DNA of 64,000 nt from Eledone cirrhosa (GCA_964016885.1 OZ024741.1:344162001-344226000); one strand, 5' to 3'. Counted from the first letter of the stretch, positions 39,947 to 54,088 are shown. Numbers and translations are program-made. The notes: generated from the letters alone by a model not told the origin.

Positions 39947-40266
39947 CTGTGTGTGTATTGCATGTGTTCATGCATATGTCTGTGTGTCGTTGTACTTCTT
40001 TGTTGGAGATCTGCCATCGTCAAACGCCAGCAGCAGGAAGGCAATGCAGGAAAAGATGAACCAATTGTTATGTATTGTCTCTGGAGAACACTATCCGCCC
40101 GTTCAACTTGACTGCTTATTTACGTCACAATTACTCTTGGGAGAGATATGAACAACGTACATTCCAAGCCTATAAATCTGACGAGGCTTCATTGGTTTAT
40201 GTGTGTATGCCATATAGATGCATTTGCCTTTGACTGACGCCCCTGTTGCATGTATATATATATATA

Positions 40267-40472
40267 TAGGAAAATGTATGACCCGACGGCAGTGCTCAAG
40301 CCGTTTCGACGGCTATTTCTCGACAAAAAAAAAAAAAATGTTTTAAATAGCCGTCGAAACGGCTTGAGCTCTGCCGTCGGGGTCATACATTTTCCTATTA
40401 CCCACTCTACTACCCTAAGTATTGAGTACTCTGGTGCGTTATGGTCCATCTGGTTCCTTACCACAACTCCTT
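40267..40472. repeat. Fold-back insertion related to 21110-21245
   Basis: Inverted arms 40267-40318 and 40346-40397. The right flank tattacccactctactaccc..gagtactctggtg is shared with 21170-21240. Confidence 0.75.
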
Positions 40473-40552
40473 CGTTATATATATATATATTATAGGGATT
40501 TCCGCATTTAATCATCGTGTACCAGTTTCAGCTTTATATGTATATATATATA

Positions 40553-40705
<153 letters not shown>

Positions 40706-40828
40706 TTACTACCTTATTACTACCTTATTACCAGTAAGATAAATAGCTCAATGTAATAACATCAGTTGTTCTACAGAGCAGTTACATAGAATTCACAAGA
40801 ATCAAAGCTATGTTCAAAGCATTTATTC

Positions 40829-40873
40829 ACTTACAATTGTTTCATCCAAACCTAGGCTTGGAGTCTTCGGAGC
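40829..40873 (-). ncRNA. Hammerhead motif, C4 core variant
   Basis: gct-CCGAAGA-c-tccaagcc ta ggtttgga-t-GAAA-CAATTG-TA-agt. Confidence 0.7.
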
Positions 40874-41104
40874 ATTTTTCAATGATTCTACATATTATCA
40901 AACTATCCACTTACATTATCTGTGTTATCTGCCGCATGTATTTTGATTTTAATTTTAATTTTGATTTTGATTTTAAATTTGAATTGCTGTACAAATATAG
41001 TATAGTATAATATATGTCACTCCACTCTACATCAATATATATGTGTATCTGTATGTCTCCTGCGTTGGATAGGAAGTCAATTATATGTACAAACATTGAA
41101 AAAT

Positions 41105-41149
41105 GCTCCGAAGACACCAAGCCTAGGTTTGGATGAAACAATTGTAAGT
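41105..41149 (+). ncRNA. Hammerhead motif, C4 core variant (inverted partner)
   Basis: gct-CCGAAGA-c-accaagcc ta ggtttgga-t-GAAA-CAATTG-TA-agt. Confidence 0.68.
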
Positions 41150-41187
41150 GGATAAATGCTTTGAACATAGCTTTGATTCTTGTAAAT

Positions 41188-41260
<73 letters not shown>

Positions 41261-41270
41261 AACAGGGGTG

Positions 41271-41306
<36 letters not shown>

Positions 41307-41347
41307 GATATTAATAAATGGAAACTATATTTATAAAACTATATTTA

Positions 41348-41408
41348 TTTCATTATACATATTTCAGGGATACCAAATTAAATTATGGTATGCCTTCATC
41401 AGACAAAA
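41348..41408 (-). ncRNA. Type I hammerhead motif inside fold-back 41302-41497
   Basis: ttttgt-CTGATGA-aggcatacca taatttaatt tggtatccct-GAAA-TATATG-TA-atgaaa. Confidence 0.72.
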
Positions 41409-41584
41409 TACAATAATTTAATTTGGTATCCCTGAAATATGTATAATGAAATAAATATGGTTTTATAAATATAGTTTCCATTTATAAATATCGTATATCT
41501 ACTCCAAATACTTGTCGAGTGCTTTATATCAGTTATATAAATATTTACTTGTTGTATCCCAACAATTTTACATAGAACTTTTGC

Positions 41585-41618
<34 letters not shown>

Positions 41619-41676
41619 TTAATATAGAAATGAGTTCTACAGGACTAGAACTGTTTCATTCCGGAGAAATCATCAG

Positions 41677-41727
41677 GGCTTCCTGATGATTTGTCCCGAA
41701 TGAAACAGTTCTAGTCCTGTAGAAGCC
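41677..41727 (+). ncRNA. Type I hammerhead motif, with an inverted stem-I-broken partner at 41632-41676
   Basis: ggcttc-CTGATGA-..-GAAA-CAGttctagtcCTG-TA-gaagcc. Confidence 0.75.
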
Positions 41728-42448
41728 ATTTCTATATTAAATATTTATACTCTGCTATGTATTGAGTAGTTACTGTGGTTACCTCCGATTGAACCCGGGA
41801 TAGACTTATATATATATATATGTGTGTGTGTGTATGTGTGTGTGTAAACAAATATCGCGTATACGTAGCTGATCTTTCAGACTTTTACAAAGCCCTGAGG
41901 GGATGAAGTTAATATAAAAAGTGGTACGTGCATGCGCGGAGATGCTATGAAATAGCTTACAAAATAGGATGAAGAACCTTAAAGATGGAAAAAGAAGTTG
42001 ATCTTTTATCACATTGGTCTTGTATTGCATCTGTTGCGAATTCCTGTCAGAGCATCTCCGAAGGCCACAAACCTCTTCTTCGATGCCCAGGGCGAGGTGT
42101 TGTCTCAACATCCTTCAACGCCTTGTAGTGTATGAGTTGAATTGCGTGTGCTAAGCCAACTACATCGGTTCCATAAAACACCAACTTCCTGATCGAATAT
42201 TCACATATTTTGAAAATGCATCGACTCCAAGTGAAGTGTTTCAACACAAAGAAATATAGGGAGGAAAAATAACTAAAACAATTCTTGCAGAGCTAAAAGA
42301 TATGGTCGTACTAAGAATAGCGGTGGCTCATTTTATTGAGAAGCAGGTGCCTACACTAAACCGTCGGGTGAACTGGCCACACGGAAACACCTCTACACGT
42401 ACTCCGACGGCTAACAGATTTTCTAAGCCAGGAATTAGATAAACACAA

Positions 42449-42615
42449 CGCATTTCCCTGCGTCGAAGACGCTACTTTTTTCCTAAAATAAGTCTCAAAA
42501 ATCTGCTATGCGTCCTGGAGGCCTAAGGTTGTTTATTGTTTTTTTTTTTGTTTATGGTTGTCAAAATTAAGGTGCGTCCTCGAGGACGAAACGTCTTCCG
42601 CGCCGGGAAATACGG
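42449..42615. mobile_element. pogo/Tc2-like MITE
   Basis: Imperfect TIRs cgcatttccctgcgtcgaagacg / cgtcttccgcgccgggaaatacgg, followed by TA. Confidence 0.55.
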
Positions 42616-45165
42616 TACTTTGAAGAAGAATTATATAATCCACTCACTATCAAGTGAACCAAACTAACTCAGCAACGAGGCTAATAGATTGTAGCCACGT
42701 GACAGTTCACGGTAACTATTCTAACAACAATACTAACACTAATTCTAACCCTGATTCTAACTCTAACTCTAATTTTAGATCTCAAACACTTAACTTTCTA
42801 CACCTCTACCCTCACATAAACAAACAATAAAACTTAAAACATATAGTGTTTTGTAAACAAGTTTTATCTCGTTTATTCTATTTCATTACATTCTAACTTC
42901 TCCCTCTCAGCTCCCTACAGCTTATTCTTCTTAACTAGCACTGAATCGTACGCACTATGGAAAAACTACTCAATCCAAATAAAAACAAATATGTTGCTTG
43001 AGATACGTCAACGCATTATACACATGCCTATATATGCATATATATACAGACACACACACACACACACACAAGTAAAATTGGCAAGAGATTCAATGGAAAC
43101 CAGACACAATTACAGGAAGAAACAAATATATGAACGCACAAATGAGCTGGTCGTTATTTCTAGCAGGTTGAATCAATTGTTAAATTTAACCAATTTTGGT
43201 TGTTTCAATGATGTTCTTCCATACTTAAAATTCATAGTAAAATCCAGCAATTAGAGGAAGGAACGAGATGGTATATAGGCGATACACCACGGTCATTGTA
43301 GACAGTTTCAAATCCTGCTGACAGTACTGTTAGGCTATTCGAGGTCACGATATCTATCAAAATAGTTTTAATCGTTGCGAATACCATTATCGCCTCTGTA
43401 TCAGTCACACGTCGTTGCAAGCACCACCAGCTACGTGATCTCCCTTGCCCCGTCGTTGTCATCTGTAAGCAGCAGTATAATCAACAACCACGACTATACC
43501 GACCAAACCAATATCACCACCATACCCAATAGAAGATATGTAGCTCAAGTAGTTCTTCCATTAAATACGTATCAACTTTCATTTTCTACCACACAGTAGA
43601 TTAATCAAACTATAACGTTAGAATTTACAATGTATATATATCACGTATATAATCATACACAAAATAAAGAATATCGGTAGAGGGTCGGATGCCATGCTTT
43701 GAAGCATAGAGTTACCTCCCTCTATGATCTGAGTTCAAATCCCGCCGAGGTTAACTTTGCCTTTCATCCTTCCGGGGTCGATAAAATAAAGTGCCAGTAA
43801 TGCACTGGGTAATTGCTGGCCTTTTGCCAAAAATAGAAACAATTATTAATTTACTCGTCTGACAAGGTCCCTGGATTGGCAGTATTGATAGAGGGTCGGA
43901 CGCCATGCTTTGCAGCATAGAGTTACGGCTCTTTATGATCTGAGCTCTAATCCCGCTGGGGTTAACTCTGCTTTTCATCCTAATGGGGACGATCACATAC
44001 GCAATACTTTGTTTTCTTCGTTCGTCATTTGAAACGAAGGTCTTGACATTGAAATATCATAAAATACGTAGGATGACAATATTGTTTTGTTTTGCCTTTC
44101 CTTTTGTTTTACCCTACTCCAGTTCCATCTATATTTCTACCCGTTTTTTCTATACATCATTCTGACAAAATACCCCAACCTCCTTCTACCAACGCCAAAC
44201 GTAACGCGAAGCTTAAAGATAAACACACTATCAGTAAAACACACAGTTTTACTGACCCACTCTGCTTACCCGTTCTTTCAATTTCTTTAGATCTCAACTC
44301 ACTACCCTACAAAATCTACAACCCGAAAAACCTTATATACATGTCATCAAATAAAAGAATAGAATCCTCCATCTTTAATAAAAAGAAAAAATACATACAA
44401 CCTTCTGGCACTGGAACACCTTAACAACGTTACCAGGTTGATAAAATAAAGTATCAGTAATGCAGTGGGGTCGATTTATCGACTTTCCCCTTCTCTCAGA
44501 TATCTGGCCTTGTGCCTGAAGTAGAAACAATTGTACCAGAAAGTCAATGGCACCACACCTAACCCGTTAAGACCACCAGTAACACCAAGTTGGACAATTA
44601 TGTGTAACCGAAAAAGACTCTCCCCAAAATTGACCGCATCTTCCTCATTAGAAACAGTACGCCTTTCACTTTAAAACAGAACCTAATATAAAAATTATAT
44701 AGATTGTCTCCGGTAGAGTTGGACCTTTCTATAAAATCGCTTGGCTTCTATCTAAACTTCTTAAACCCCTACTCCCTCTACACTTCAACTTCTGTCCCTA
44801 CCGTATCATCTCCTCAGACAATCTCAATTGATTCTACCTCCATATAATATAATGTAATATATATAAAATAATTGTTTGTACTTTTGGCACAAGGCCAGCA
44901 ATTATCCCAGTTTATTATTGGTACTTTATTTTATCGATCCCGTAAGGATGAAAGGAAAATTTAACCACGGCGGGATTTGAACTCAGATCATAAAGGGCCG
45001 TAACTCTATACTGCAAAGCATGGCGTCCGACCCTATACCGATACTGCTAATTCACCTGGTTAGTCTCTTCAGCTCTTCGTAAAAGTCTGAGAGATCCGCT
45101 ACGTATGTGTTTATATATATATATACAAAGTGTTAAAACGATCAAATTTTAGTTTAAAACATTTA

Positions 45166-45215
45166 TTTGCTGACAATTGTTTCTTCCAGAGGGAAGTATG
45201 GATTCATCGGATAAT
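45166..45215 (-). ncRNA. Degenerate hammerhead motif, C4 variant
   Basis: CCGATGA-a-tcca..tgga-a-GAAA-CAATTG-TC-agc. Stem I decayed. Confidence 0.45.
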
Positions 45216-45555
45216 AGGGAATGTCGAAACATATTACTAGTCATTTAGAACATTTAACGTACATAATTGTTGTTAGTATCATAGGTATCGTGTGGAGAGT
45301 CAGGAGTTAAAAAGATGTTCTGCTTGAGAGAACACAATTACAGGCAGCACTGGTTGAAAGTATAAGAGGTATAAGTGAAAAGCACAAGCAAAAAAATACA
45401 GGCAAAAAGTTATAAGCAAGGAAAATTGGTGTACAATGCAGGAGCCAATACAGTCAGTAAAGCATGTATGAGGAAAGAGTTATAATGCAGTTGAAATAAA
45501 CATATTTTGTGTGGGGTGTTAAAGCATGTTATAATTGTTATAAATATATATATAT

Positions 45556-45735
45556 GATTTCTTTATTATTGGCCACAAGGCCCGAATATAGAGGAGAATA
45601 CAAAGACGGGAACAGGGGGGATTTGCATGCAATCGAGTAAAACAATTAACAACACAAATAAGCAAAAAAGAATAAAATATCAACAACAGAATTCCCCAAT
45701 AGAGGGGGGTACCACCCAAGGAACCCCACAAATCC
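45556..45735 (-). mobile_element. Tx1-like 3' UTR fragment
   Basis: Minus strand: ccccctctattggggaat...ccttgtgg..aataaagaaatc matches the 3' UTR at 16222-16385. Confidence 0.65.
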
Positions 45736-47668
45736 CAACTACCCCCATCTCTAAGAGCATCCTCTTATTAGTGATTTCTAGTATAGGCACACGGCCAGTA
45801 ATTTTTGGGGGCGGGGGGGGGGTCGATTAAATCGACCCAGTAAGTTACTGGTGCTTTATTTTATCGAACCTGTAAGGATGAAAGGAAAAGTCAACATCGG
45901 CGGGATTTGAACTCAGATCATAAAGGGCCGTAACTCTATGATGCAAAGCATGGCGTCCGACCCTCTACCGATACTGCCAATAGACCGACCTGCACCCTCT
46001 TATTAATGGTTTCTTATATAGGCACAAGGCCAGCAATTTGAGAGGAGGGGAAAGTCGATTAAATCGACCCCAGTGCGTGGCTGGTACTTTATTTTACCGA
46101 CCCGTAAGGATGAAAGGCAAAGTTAACCTCAGCGGAATTTGAAATCAGATCATAAAGGGCCGTAACTCTCTGCTGCAAAGCATAGTGTCCGACCCTCTAC
46201 CGATACAGCCAATCGACCGTCCTGCACCTTCTTATTAATAAGAGGTAAAACTAATCGCTACACAGTTGCTTGAAATATGTTTTCATTTGGGATTATAAGC
46301 TAATTCGTCTCTTGTAATTTCAAACTTAGATCTCATTTAGATGGCTCGGGATATCAGTCAAATATTCTAAACCAGATAATCATTTTTGATCTTACAATTT
46401 CATAATGTGAATGTCCTAAACATGTCTGTTACTTCATCTTTCATCTTTCAGCTGATACAGACGCCTGAGTATGTATAATAAATCACCAGTGGCTATAATA
46501 AATCACCAGTGCTATAATAAATCACCAAATTCCGCTTCCAGAACCATCAACATTTTCTTTAAATTCTCTGCAATTCAATCCCCGCCCTCCACACTTTTTT
46601 TTTACTAATTTCATCTCATTGTTGAATCTGAGGCAATGTGCACATAAATTGTGTTAGTAACTAAGACAATAACGCAGTACTAAAGGATCTTCACCTCTGG
46701 TAATTCTATGCATCTATTTTAAGGCAAGTAAATCATAAGGTTTCCTGTTTTACAACCTCTATATAAAACCATCTGTGTTGCATTTACTATATATGTTGGT
46801 ATATTTCAAGTATACTTAGATAATGTAAGCCATGACGTTTATACGGGCAGAAACCTTCGTCTATGACAGAATAATATTCTCAAACAATCTAATTTTCTCT
46901 GAAATTAAACTTCAGATAACAGCAGCTGTACACTATTATCACACTTAAATTCCATTTGTGGTTTTACATTCTTTCCAGTTAACTCACACTCATCACAAAT
47001 TGTGTGTACGGAAGTATTTTCGCTAACCTATTAATGCATAGTGACACACGAGGAAATAATCAACGAAACAACAGGACAGTAAAAAAAAAAAGTAAAAAAT
47101 ACGATTAAATCAAATATACTAATTAAACTTCATGTATTAATTAATGTTTATTGAAAAGTATTGTCATATGCATAAAAATTCAACTAATTTGTCTCAGAAT
47201 CATTTCAGTGTTTCATATTATACTAAGTCAGGTGGTAATTTTTAGCAGAGTCGTTGCGGGAGTTGGATTAAATGCTTCGGCATTTCTCTGTACTCAACAA
47301 AGTCGCCTTTGCCTTTCGTCCTTTCGTAGTCAATAAACAAAGTACCAGTCTAATACTGAGGTTGATTCTTCATCTATATATCTTCCATGCTTCCTCTCTC
47401 ATTCTCTGTCTCTCTTTCTCTGGAAGAAATCAAATGTTTTGAGACATGGGGAGGGGATGAGCTTCACCAAGTTTTTAAATACTCAAGAAAAGTCGCATGT
47501 CACTACGGCGGCTTTACGACTCCATCGGAAGTTACGGGTCTATACATAGAACTAGCTACTTCAGAAGGCAAATTACTTTAAATCTTGTCTACATTCAAAA
47601 TGATGCAACTGACAATCTGCCTAATTACAACTTCCTACCAATAACAGTACAACGTATACACACTCGCT

Positions 47669-47841
<173 letters not shown>

Positions 47842-47964
47842 CTACACATATGTCGAAAAAGAATCGGGCCTTGTCATCTTGATTGTACCGTGAACTGATC
47901 GACATTGAAACAGTTGTAATATGCAAATAAAATGTGTGCATATGCTGCAACACTCACTTCAACT

Positions 47965-48039
<75 letters not shown>

Positions 48040-48188
48040 AGGGAGAGTAACGTGCAACAATTATTCTAGGTTCACCCAAGTGAGCACTCCATGTTTAGAT
48101 TCACATCTGTAACGAGGTGTAGAGCTAAACAGAGTGTAAATATAATAATAAAAAGACGATTTGTTCATTCTGTCATTACCAAAGCAGA

Positions 48189-48273
48189 GGTCCGACGAGC
48201 TTTTGATTCCAGAGTCGGGCCAGATCGATACAGATCGAACCTTGAGGTAATCAATAGCGAAACGCGCGTCACT
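48189..48273 (+). ncRNA. Hammerhead motif with extended stem II, C4 variant, inside fold-back 48090-48473
   Basis: ggt-CCGACGA-gct t ttgatt...aatcaa t agc-GAAA-CGCGCG-TC-act. Confidence 0.65.
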
Positions 48274-48473
48274 AATCAATAAACGCAATGAAGACATATA
48301 TATATATAGAGAGAGAGAGAGATTCGATCTGTATCGATCTGGCCCGACACTGGAATCAAAAGCTCGTCGGACCTCTGCTTTTGGTAATTACAGAATGAAC
48401 AAATCGTCTTTTTATTATTATATTTAAACTCTGTTTAGCTCTACACCTCGTTACAGATGTGAATCTAAACATG

Positions 48474-48597
<124 letters not shown>

Positions 48598-49063
48598 AAA
48601 AGATGAACTCGAAAATGCAACTGGAGTCTTATTTTTTTTTAAATATATATATATATTTGGTTCCTTTCCCGATTTCGCAGTTCTTCTGCTTTTCAAAAGT
48701 AGAGTTGAGATGGCGGGTCTGTGGTTTATATGTCAACTAGAAATAGATTGACATATATATATATAAAATGGAACAATCACAGGGAATAATTTGTAAAGAA
48801 TGTAGGCACACATAGCTTGTAGGTAACTAATTCAAGTTTAACTAGAACTTCAAATATAGATACATTTTAAAATGATTAATCTCCTTTGTTTAATTAATTA
48901 TTTTAAAAGATATCTATATTTGAAGTTCTAGTTAAACTTTAATTAGTTACCAAACCTAGCTATGTGTGTTTACACACTTTACAAATTATTCCCTGTGATT
49001 GTTTCATATGTTTATTTTATATATATATATATATAAATTTGTCAGTATTTTCTTTTCCTTTTA

Positions 49064-49176
<113 letters not shown>

Positions 49177-49245
49177 GTATATATATATATGTATATATAT
49201 GTATATATATGTATATATATGTATATATATATGTATATATATATG

Positions 49246-49376
<131 letters not shown>

Positions 49377-49392
49377 TTATATATATATACAC

Positions 49393-49444
<52 letters not shown>

Positions 49445-49513
49445 TATGAAGAGAGAAGAAACATTTAGATATAATTAGTAATAAAATGTATCATACCTAA
49501 ACTGTTCCTAAAT

Positions 49514-49601
49514 TCCTCGACTACGTAGTTTCGTGGCATAAACAAAAACAATATATCAAAGATATAGAGTCCTTGCGAGGTCTGCCAACTTATCAAGAGG
49601 A
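49514..49601 (-). ncRNA. Hammerhead (U3:A8 variant) in the inverted array unit
   Basis: Exact reverse complement of 50383-50470. Confidence 0.8.
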
Positions 49602-50382
49602 TACCTCATTTTACTAGTCTCAAGAACGCGTCTACACGACGTGAGAAAGAATCCCAAAAGGCGGAGGGGGAGATAGTCACGCGATATAACGGTCGAGAAA
49701 CAGAGCTAAGCCTCTTATAACCACGAAGAAAATACCACGGAGGCGGAGGGGGTATTCATATCGAGGCCGTAGAAGAGGTAGTGAAGAAGGCGAGAAGTAT
49801 GAGTAATGGAAGCTTTCCAGTTGTCCCCACACTTCAAAGATTGCTCGACCAGAGGGAGTTATTAATATATTTAAAAACACACAGATACATGCGGACACAC
49901 ACATATATACATGAATGCATCCGCACCCAACTGTGAGTTAAGGGTGCCAACTTCACCGATGTTGCTCAATGAATGACTGGGACAGACCAATTCAGTTTGA
50001 ACCAGACTGAACCAGTATCAGAGTTAAAAATACATTATGAAGAGAGAAGAAACATTTAGATATAATTAGTAATAAAATGTATCGTGTGTCCGCATGTATC
50101 TGTGTGTTTTTAAATATATTAATAACTCCCTCTGGTCGAGCAATCTTTGAAGTGTGGGGACAACTGGAAAGCTTCCATTACTCATACTTCTCGCCTTCTT
50201 CACTACCTCTTCTACGGCCTCGATATGAATACCCCCTCCGCCTCCGTGGTATTTTCTTCGTGGTTATAAGAGGCTTAGCTCTGTTTCTCGACCGTTATAT
50301 CGCGTGACTATCTCCCCCTCCGCCTTTTGGGATTCTTTCTCACGTCGTGTAGACGCGTTCTTGAGACTAGTAAAATGAGGTA

Positions 50383-50470
50383 TCCTCTTGATAAGTTGGC
50401 AGACCTCGCAAGGACTCTATATCTTTGATATATTGTTTTTGTTTATGCCACGAAACTACGTAGTCGAGGA
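50383..50470 (+). ncRNA. Hammerhead (U3:A8 variant, branched stem II); repeated at 50974, 51565, 52156 and 52747
   Basis: tcctc-TTGATAA-gttggca...tgccac-GAAA-CTACGTAG-TC-gagga. Confidence 0.82.
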
Positions 50471-53229
50471 ATTTAGGAACAGTTTAGGTATGATACATTT
50501 TATTACTAATTATATCTAAATGTTTCTTCTCTCTTCATAATGTATTTTTAACTCTGATACTGGTTCAGTCTGGTTCAAACTGAATTGGTCTGTCCCAGTC
50601 ATTCATTGAGCAACATCGGTGAAGTTGGCACCCTTAACTCACAGTTGGGTGCGGATGCATTCATGTATATATGTGTGTGTCCGCATGTATCTGTGTGTTT
50701 TTAAATATATTAATAACTCCCTCTGGTCGAGCAATCTTTGAAGTGTGGGGACAACTGGAAAGCTTCCATTACTCATACTTCTCGCCTTCTTCACTACCTC
50801 TTCTGCGGCCTCGATATGAATACCCCCTCCGCCTCCGTGGTATTTTCTTCGTGGTTATAAGAGGCTTAGCTCTGTTTCTCGACCGTTATATCGCGTGACT
50901 ATCTCCCCCTCCGCCTTTTGGGATTCTTTCTCACGTCGTGTAGACGCGTTCTTGAGACTAGTAAAATGAGGTATCCTCTTGATAAGTTGGCAGACCTCGC
51001 AAGGACTCTATATCTTTGATATATTGTTTTTGTTTATGCCACGAAACTACGTAGTCGAGGAATTTAGGAACAGTTTAGGTATGATACATTTTATTACTAA
51101 TTATATCTAAATGTTTCTTCTCTCTTCATAATGTATTTTTAACTCTGATACTGGTTCAGTCTGGTTCAAACTGAATTGGTCTGTCCCAGTCATTCATTGA
51201 GCAACATCGGTGAAGTTGGCACCCTTAACTCACAGTTGGGTGCGGATGCATTCATGTATATATGTGTGTGTCCGCATGTATCTGTGTGTTTTTAAATATA
51301 TTAATAACTCCCTCTGGTCGAGCAATCTTTGAAGTGTGGGGACAACTGGAAAGCTTCCATTACTCATACTTCTCGCCTTCTTCACTACCTCTTCTACGGC
51401 CTCGATATGAATACCCCCTCCGCCTCCGTGATATTTTCTTCGTGGTTATAAGAGGCTTAGCTCTGTTTCTCGACCGTTATATCGCGTGACTATCTCCCCC
51501 TCCGCCTTTTGGGATTCTTTCTCACGTCGTGTAGACGCGTTCTTGAGACTAGTAAAATGAGGTATCCTCTTGATAAGTTGGCAGACCTCGCAAGGACTCT
51601 ATATCTTTGATATATTGTTTTTGTTTATGCCACGAAACTACGTAGTCGAGGAATTTAGGAACAGTTTAGGTATGATACATTTTATTACTAATTATATCTA
51701 AATGTTTCTTCTCTCTTCATAATGTATTTTTAACTCTGATACTGGTTCAGTCTGGTTCAAACTGAATTGGTCTGTCCCAGTCATTCATTGAGCAACATCG
51801 GTGAAGTTGGCACCCTTAACTCACAGTTGGGTGCGGATGCATTCATGTATATATGTGTGTGTCCGCATGTATCTGTGTGTTTTTAAATATATTAATAACT
51901 CCCTCTGGTCGAGCAATCTTTGAAGTGTGGGGACAACTGGAAAGCTTCCATTACTCATACTTCTCGCCTTCTTCACTACCTCTTCTACGGCCTCGATATG
52001 AATACCCCCTCCGCCTCCGTGGTATTTTCTTCGTGGTTATAAGAGGCTTAGCTCTGTTTCTCGACCGTTATATCGCGTGACTATCTCCCCCTCCGCCTTT
52101 TGGGATTCTTTCTCACGTCGTGTAGACGCGTTCTTGAGACTAGTAAAATGAGGTATCCTCTTGATAAGTTGGCAGACCTCGCAAGGACTCTATATCTTTG
52201 ATATATTGTTTTTGTTTATGCCACGAAACTACGTAGTCGAGGAATTTAGGAACAGTTTAGGTATGATACATTTTATTACTAATTATATCTAAATGTTTCT
52301 TCTCTCTTCATAATGTATTTTTAACTCTGATACTGGTTCAGTCTGGTTCAAACTGAATTGGTCTGTCCCAGTCATTCATTGAGCAACATCGGTGAAGTTG
52401 GCACCCTTAACTCACAGTTGGGTGCGGATGCATTCATGTATATATGTGTGTGTCCGCATGTATCTGTGTGTTTTTAAATATATTAATAACTCCCTCTGGT
52501 CGAGCAATCTTTGAAGTGTGGGGACAACTGGAAAGCTTCCATTACTCATACTTCTCGCCTTCTTCACTACCTCTTCTACGGCCTCGATATGAATACCCCC
52601 TCCGCCTCCGTGGTATTTTCTTCGTGGTTATAAGAGGCTTAGCTCTGTTTCTCGACCGTTATATCGCGTGACTATCTCCCCCTCCGCCTTTTGGGATTCT
52701 TTCTCACGTCGTGTAGACGCGTTCTTGAGACTAGTAAAATGAGGTATCCTCTTGATAAGTTGGCAGACCTCGCAAGGACTCTATATCTTTGATATATTGT
52801 TTTTGTTTATGCCACGAAACTACGTAGTCGAGGAATTTAGGAACAGTTTAGGTATGATACATTTTATTACTAATTATATCTAAATGTTTCTTCTCTCTTC
52901 ATAATGTATTTTTAACTCTGATACTGGTTCAGTCTGGTTCAAACTGAATTGGTCTGTCCCAGTCATTCATTGAGCAACATCGGTGAAGTTGGCACCCTTA
53001 ACCCACAGTTGGGTGCGGATGCATTCATGTATATATGTGTGTGTCCGCATGTATCTGTGTGTTTTTAAATATATATATATATATATATATATTAGTAAAA
53101 GGAAAAGAAAATATGGACAAATTTTTCCAAGTGAAAAATAGTTTAATAGTATTAAAAAAAATATTATGAAATACTGTTGGCTTCTTGCTCACAATAATTT
53201 CTGTACTTTTCATATATATATATATATAA

Positions 53230-53700
53230 ATGGAATAGAATGAAACGAAATTTCATTTCTCACTCTTAGTTCGGCACCTACTTAAATGCAAGTATGTATG
53301 TATACGTACATACATATATGTATACAAACGTACAGTAGTATGTATATATACACACATGCACACATATATATATATGCACGTATCGGTTTACCGAACATTT
53401 ATTATAATGCTCGGTTTGTTTGTAAACAAACAAACAGCCCGAATTACGCCGTACAGTGTTAAGGCAACCACGTCACCTTTTTGTTCAACACTGACACAGG
53501 AACGATGTGTCAGTGTTGAACAAAAAGGTGACGTGGTTGCCTTAACACTGTACGGCGTAATTCGGGCTGTTTGTTTGTTTACAAACAAACCGAGCATTAT
53601 AATAAATGTTCGGTAAACCGATACGTGCATATATGTGTGTGTGCATGTGTGTATATATATACATCCTACTGTACGTCTGTATACATATATGTATGTACGT

Positions 53701-53705
<5 letters not shown>
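53230..53705. repeat. Head-to-head palindromic insertion of the ~433-bp HHR repeat family
   Basis: Arms of about 210 bp mirror around 53499-53507. Confidence 0.87.
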
Positions 53706-53745
<40 letters not shown>

Positions 53746-53847
53746 GAAATAGGGAGAAAAACGATTGTTAGGAAGAACATTTGTTTTTTTCTCTTTTTAG
53801 TGGGTTAGAAAATGTTTAAAACAAAATATTTATCTTTGTGTGAAGTG

Positions 53848-53942
<95 letters not shown>

Positions 53943-53958
53943 ATATATACATATATAC

Positions 53959-54088
<130 letters not shown>

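Larger units (their letters stand above)
43670..46218. mobile_element. Cluster of tRNA-derived SINE copies (+: 43670-43845, 43872-43990, 44435-44532; -: 44870-45056, 45770-45985, 46005-46218)
   Basis: Same A/B boxes and body as 1030-1345. Further fragments near 21037, 29720, 34790 and 47250. Confidence 0.8.
49440..53074. repeat. 591-bp tandem array (5.06 units on +, 50084-53074) with a head-to-head inverted 1.09 unit (49440-50083); retrozyme-like
   Basis: Units start at 50084, 50675, 51266, 51857, 52448 and 53039. Only 3 substitutions noticed. One HHR per unit, flanked by (TA)n. Confidence 0.95.

Noticed and set aside
46230-47240. Possible host exons in apparently unique sequence (also 30380-31200 and 41850-42300)
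   Set aside because: No convincing ORF, splice pattern or recognisable protein motif. They cannot be supported without RNA or homology data.
49677-52671. Repeated 75-aa ORF (MCVSACICVF...) in the 591-bp array
   Set aside because: It starts in a TA/TG run and has no recognisable motif. Its repetition only reflects the DNA tandem.
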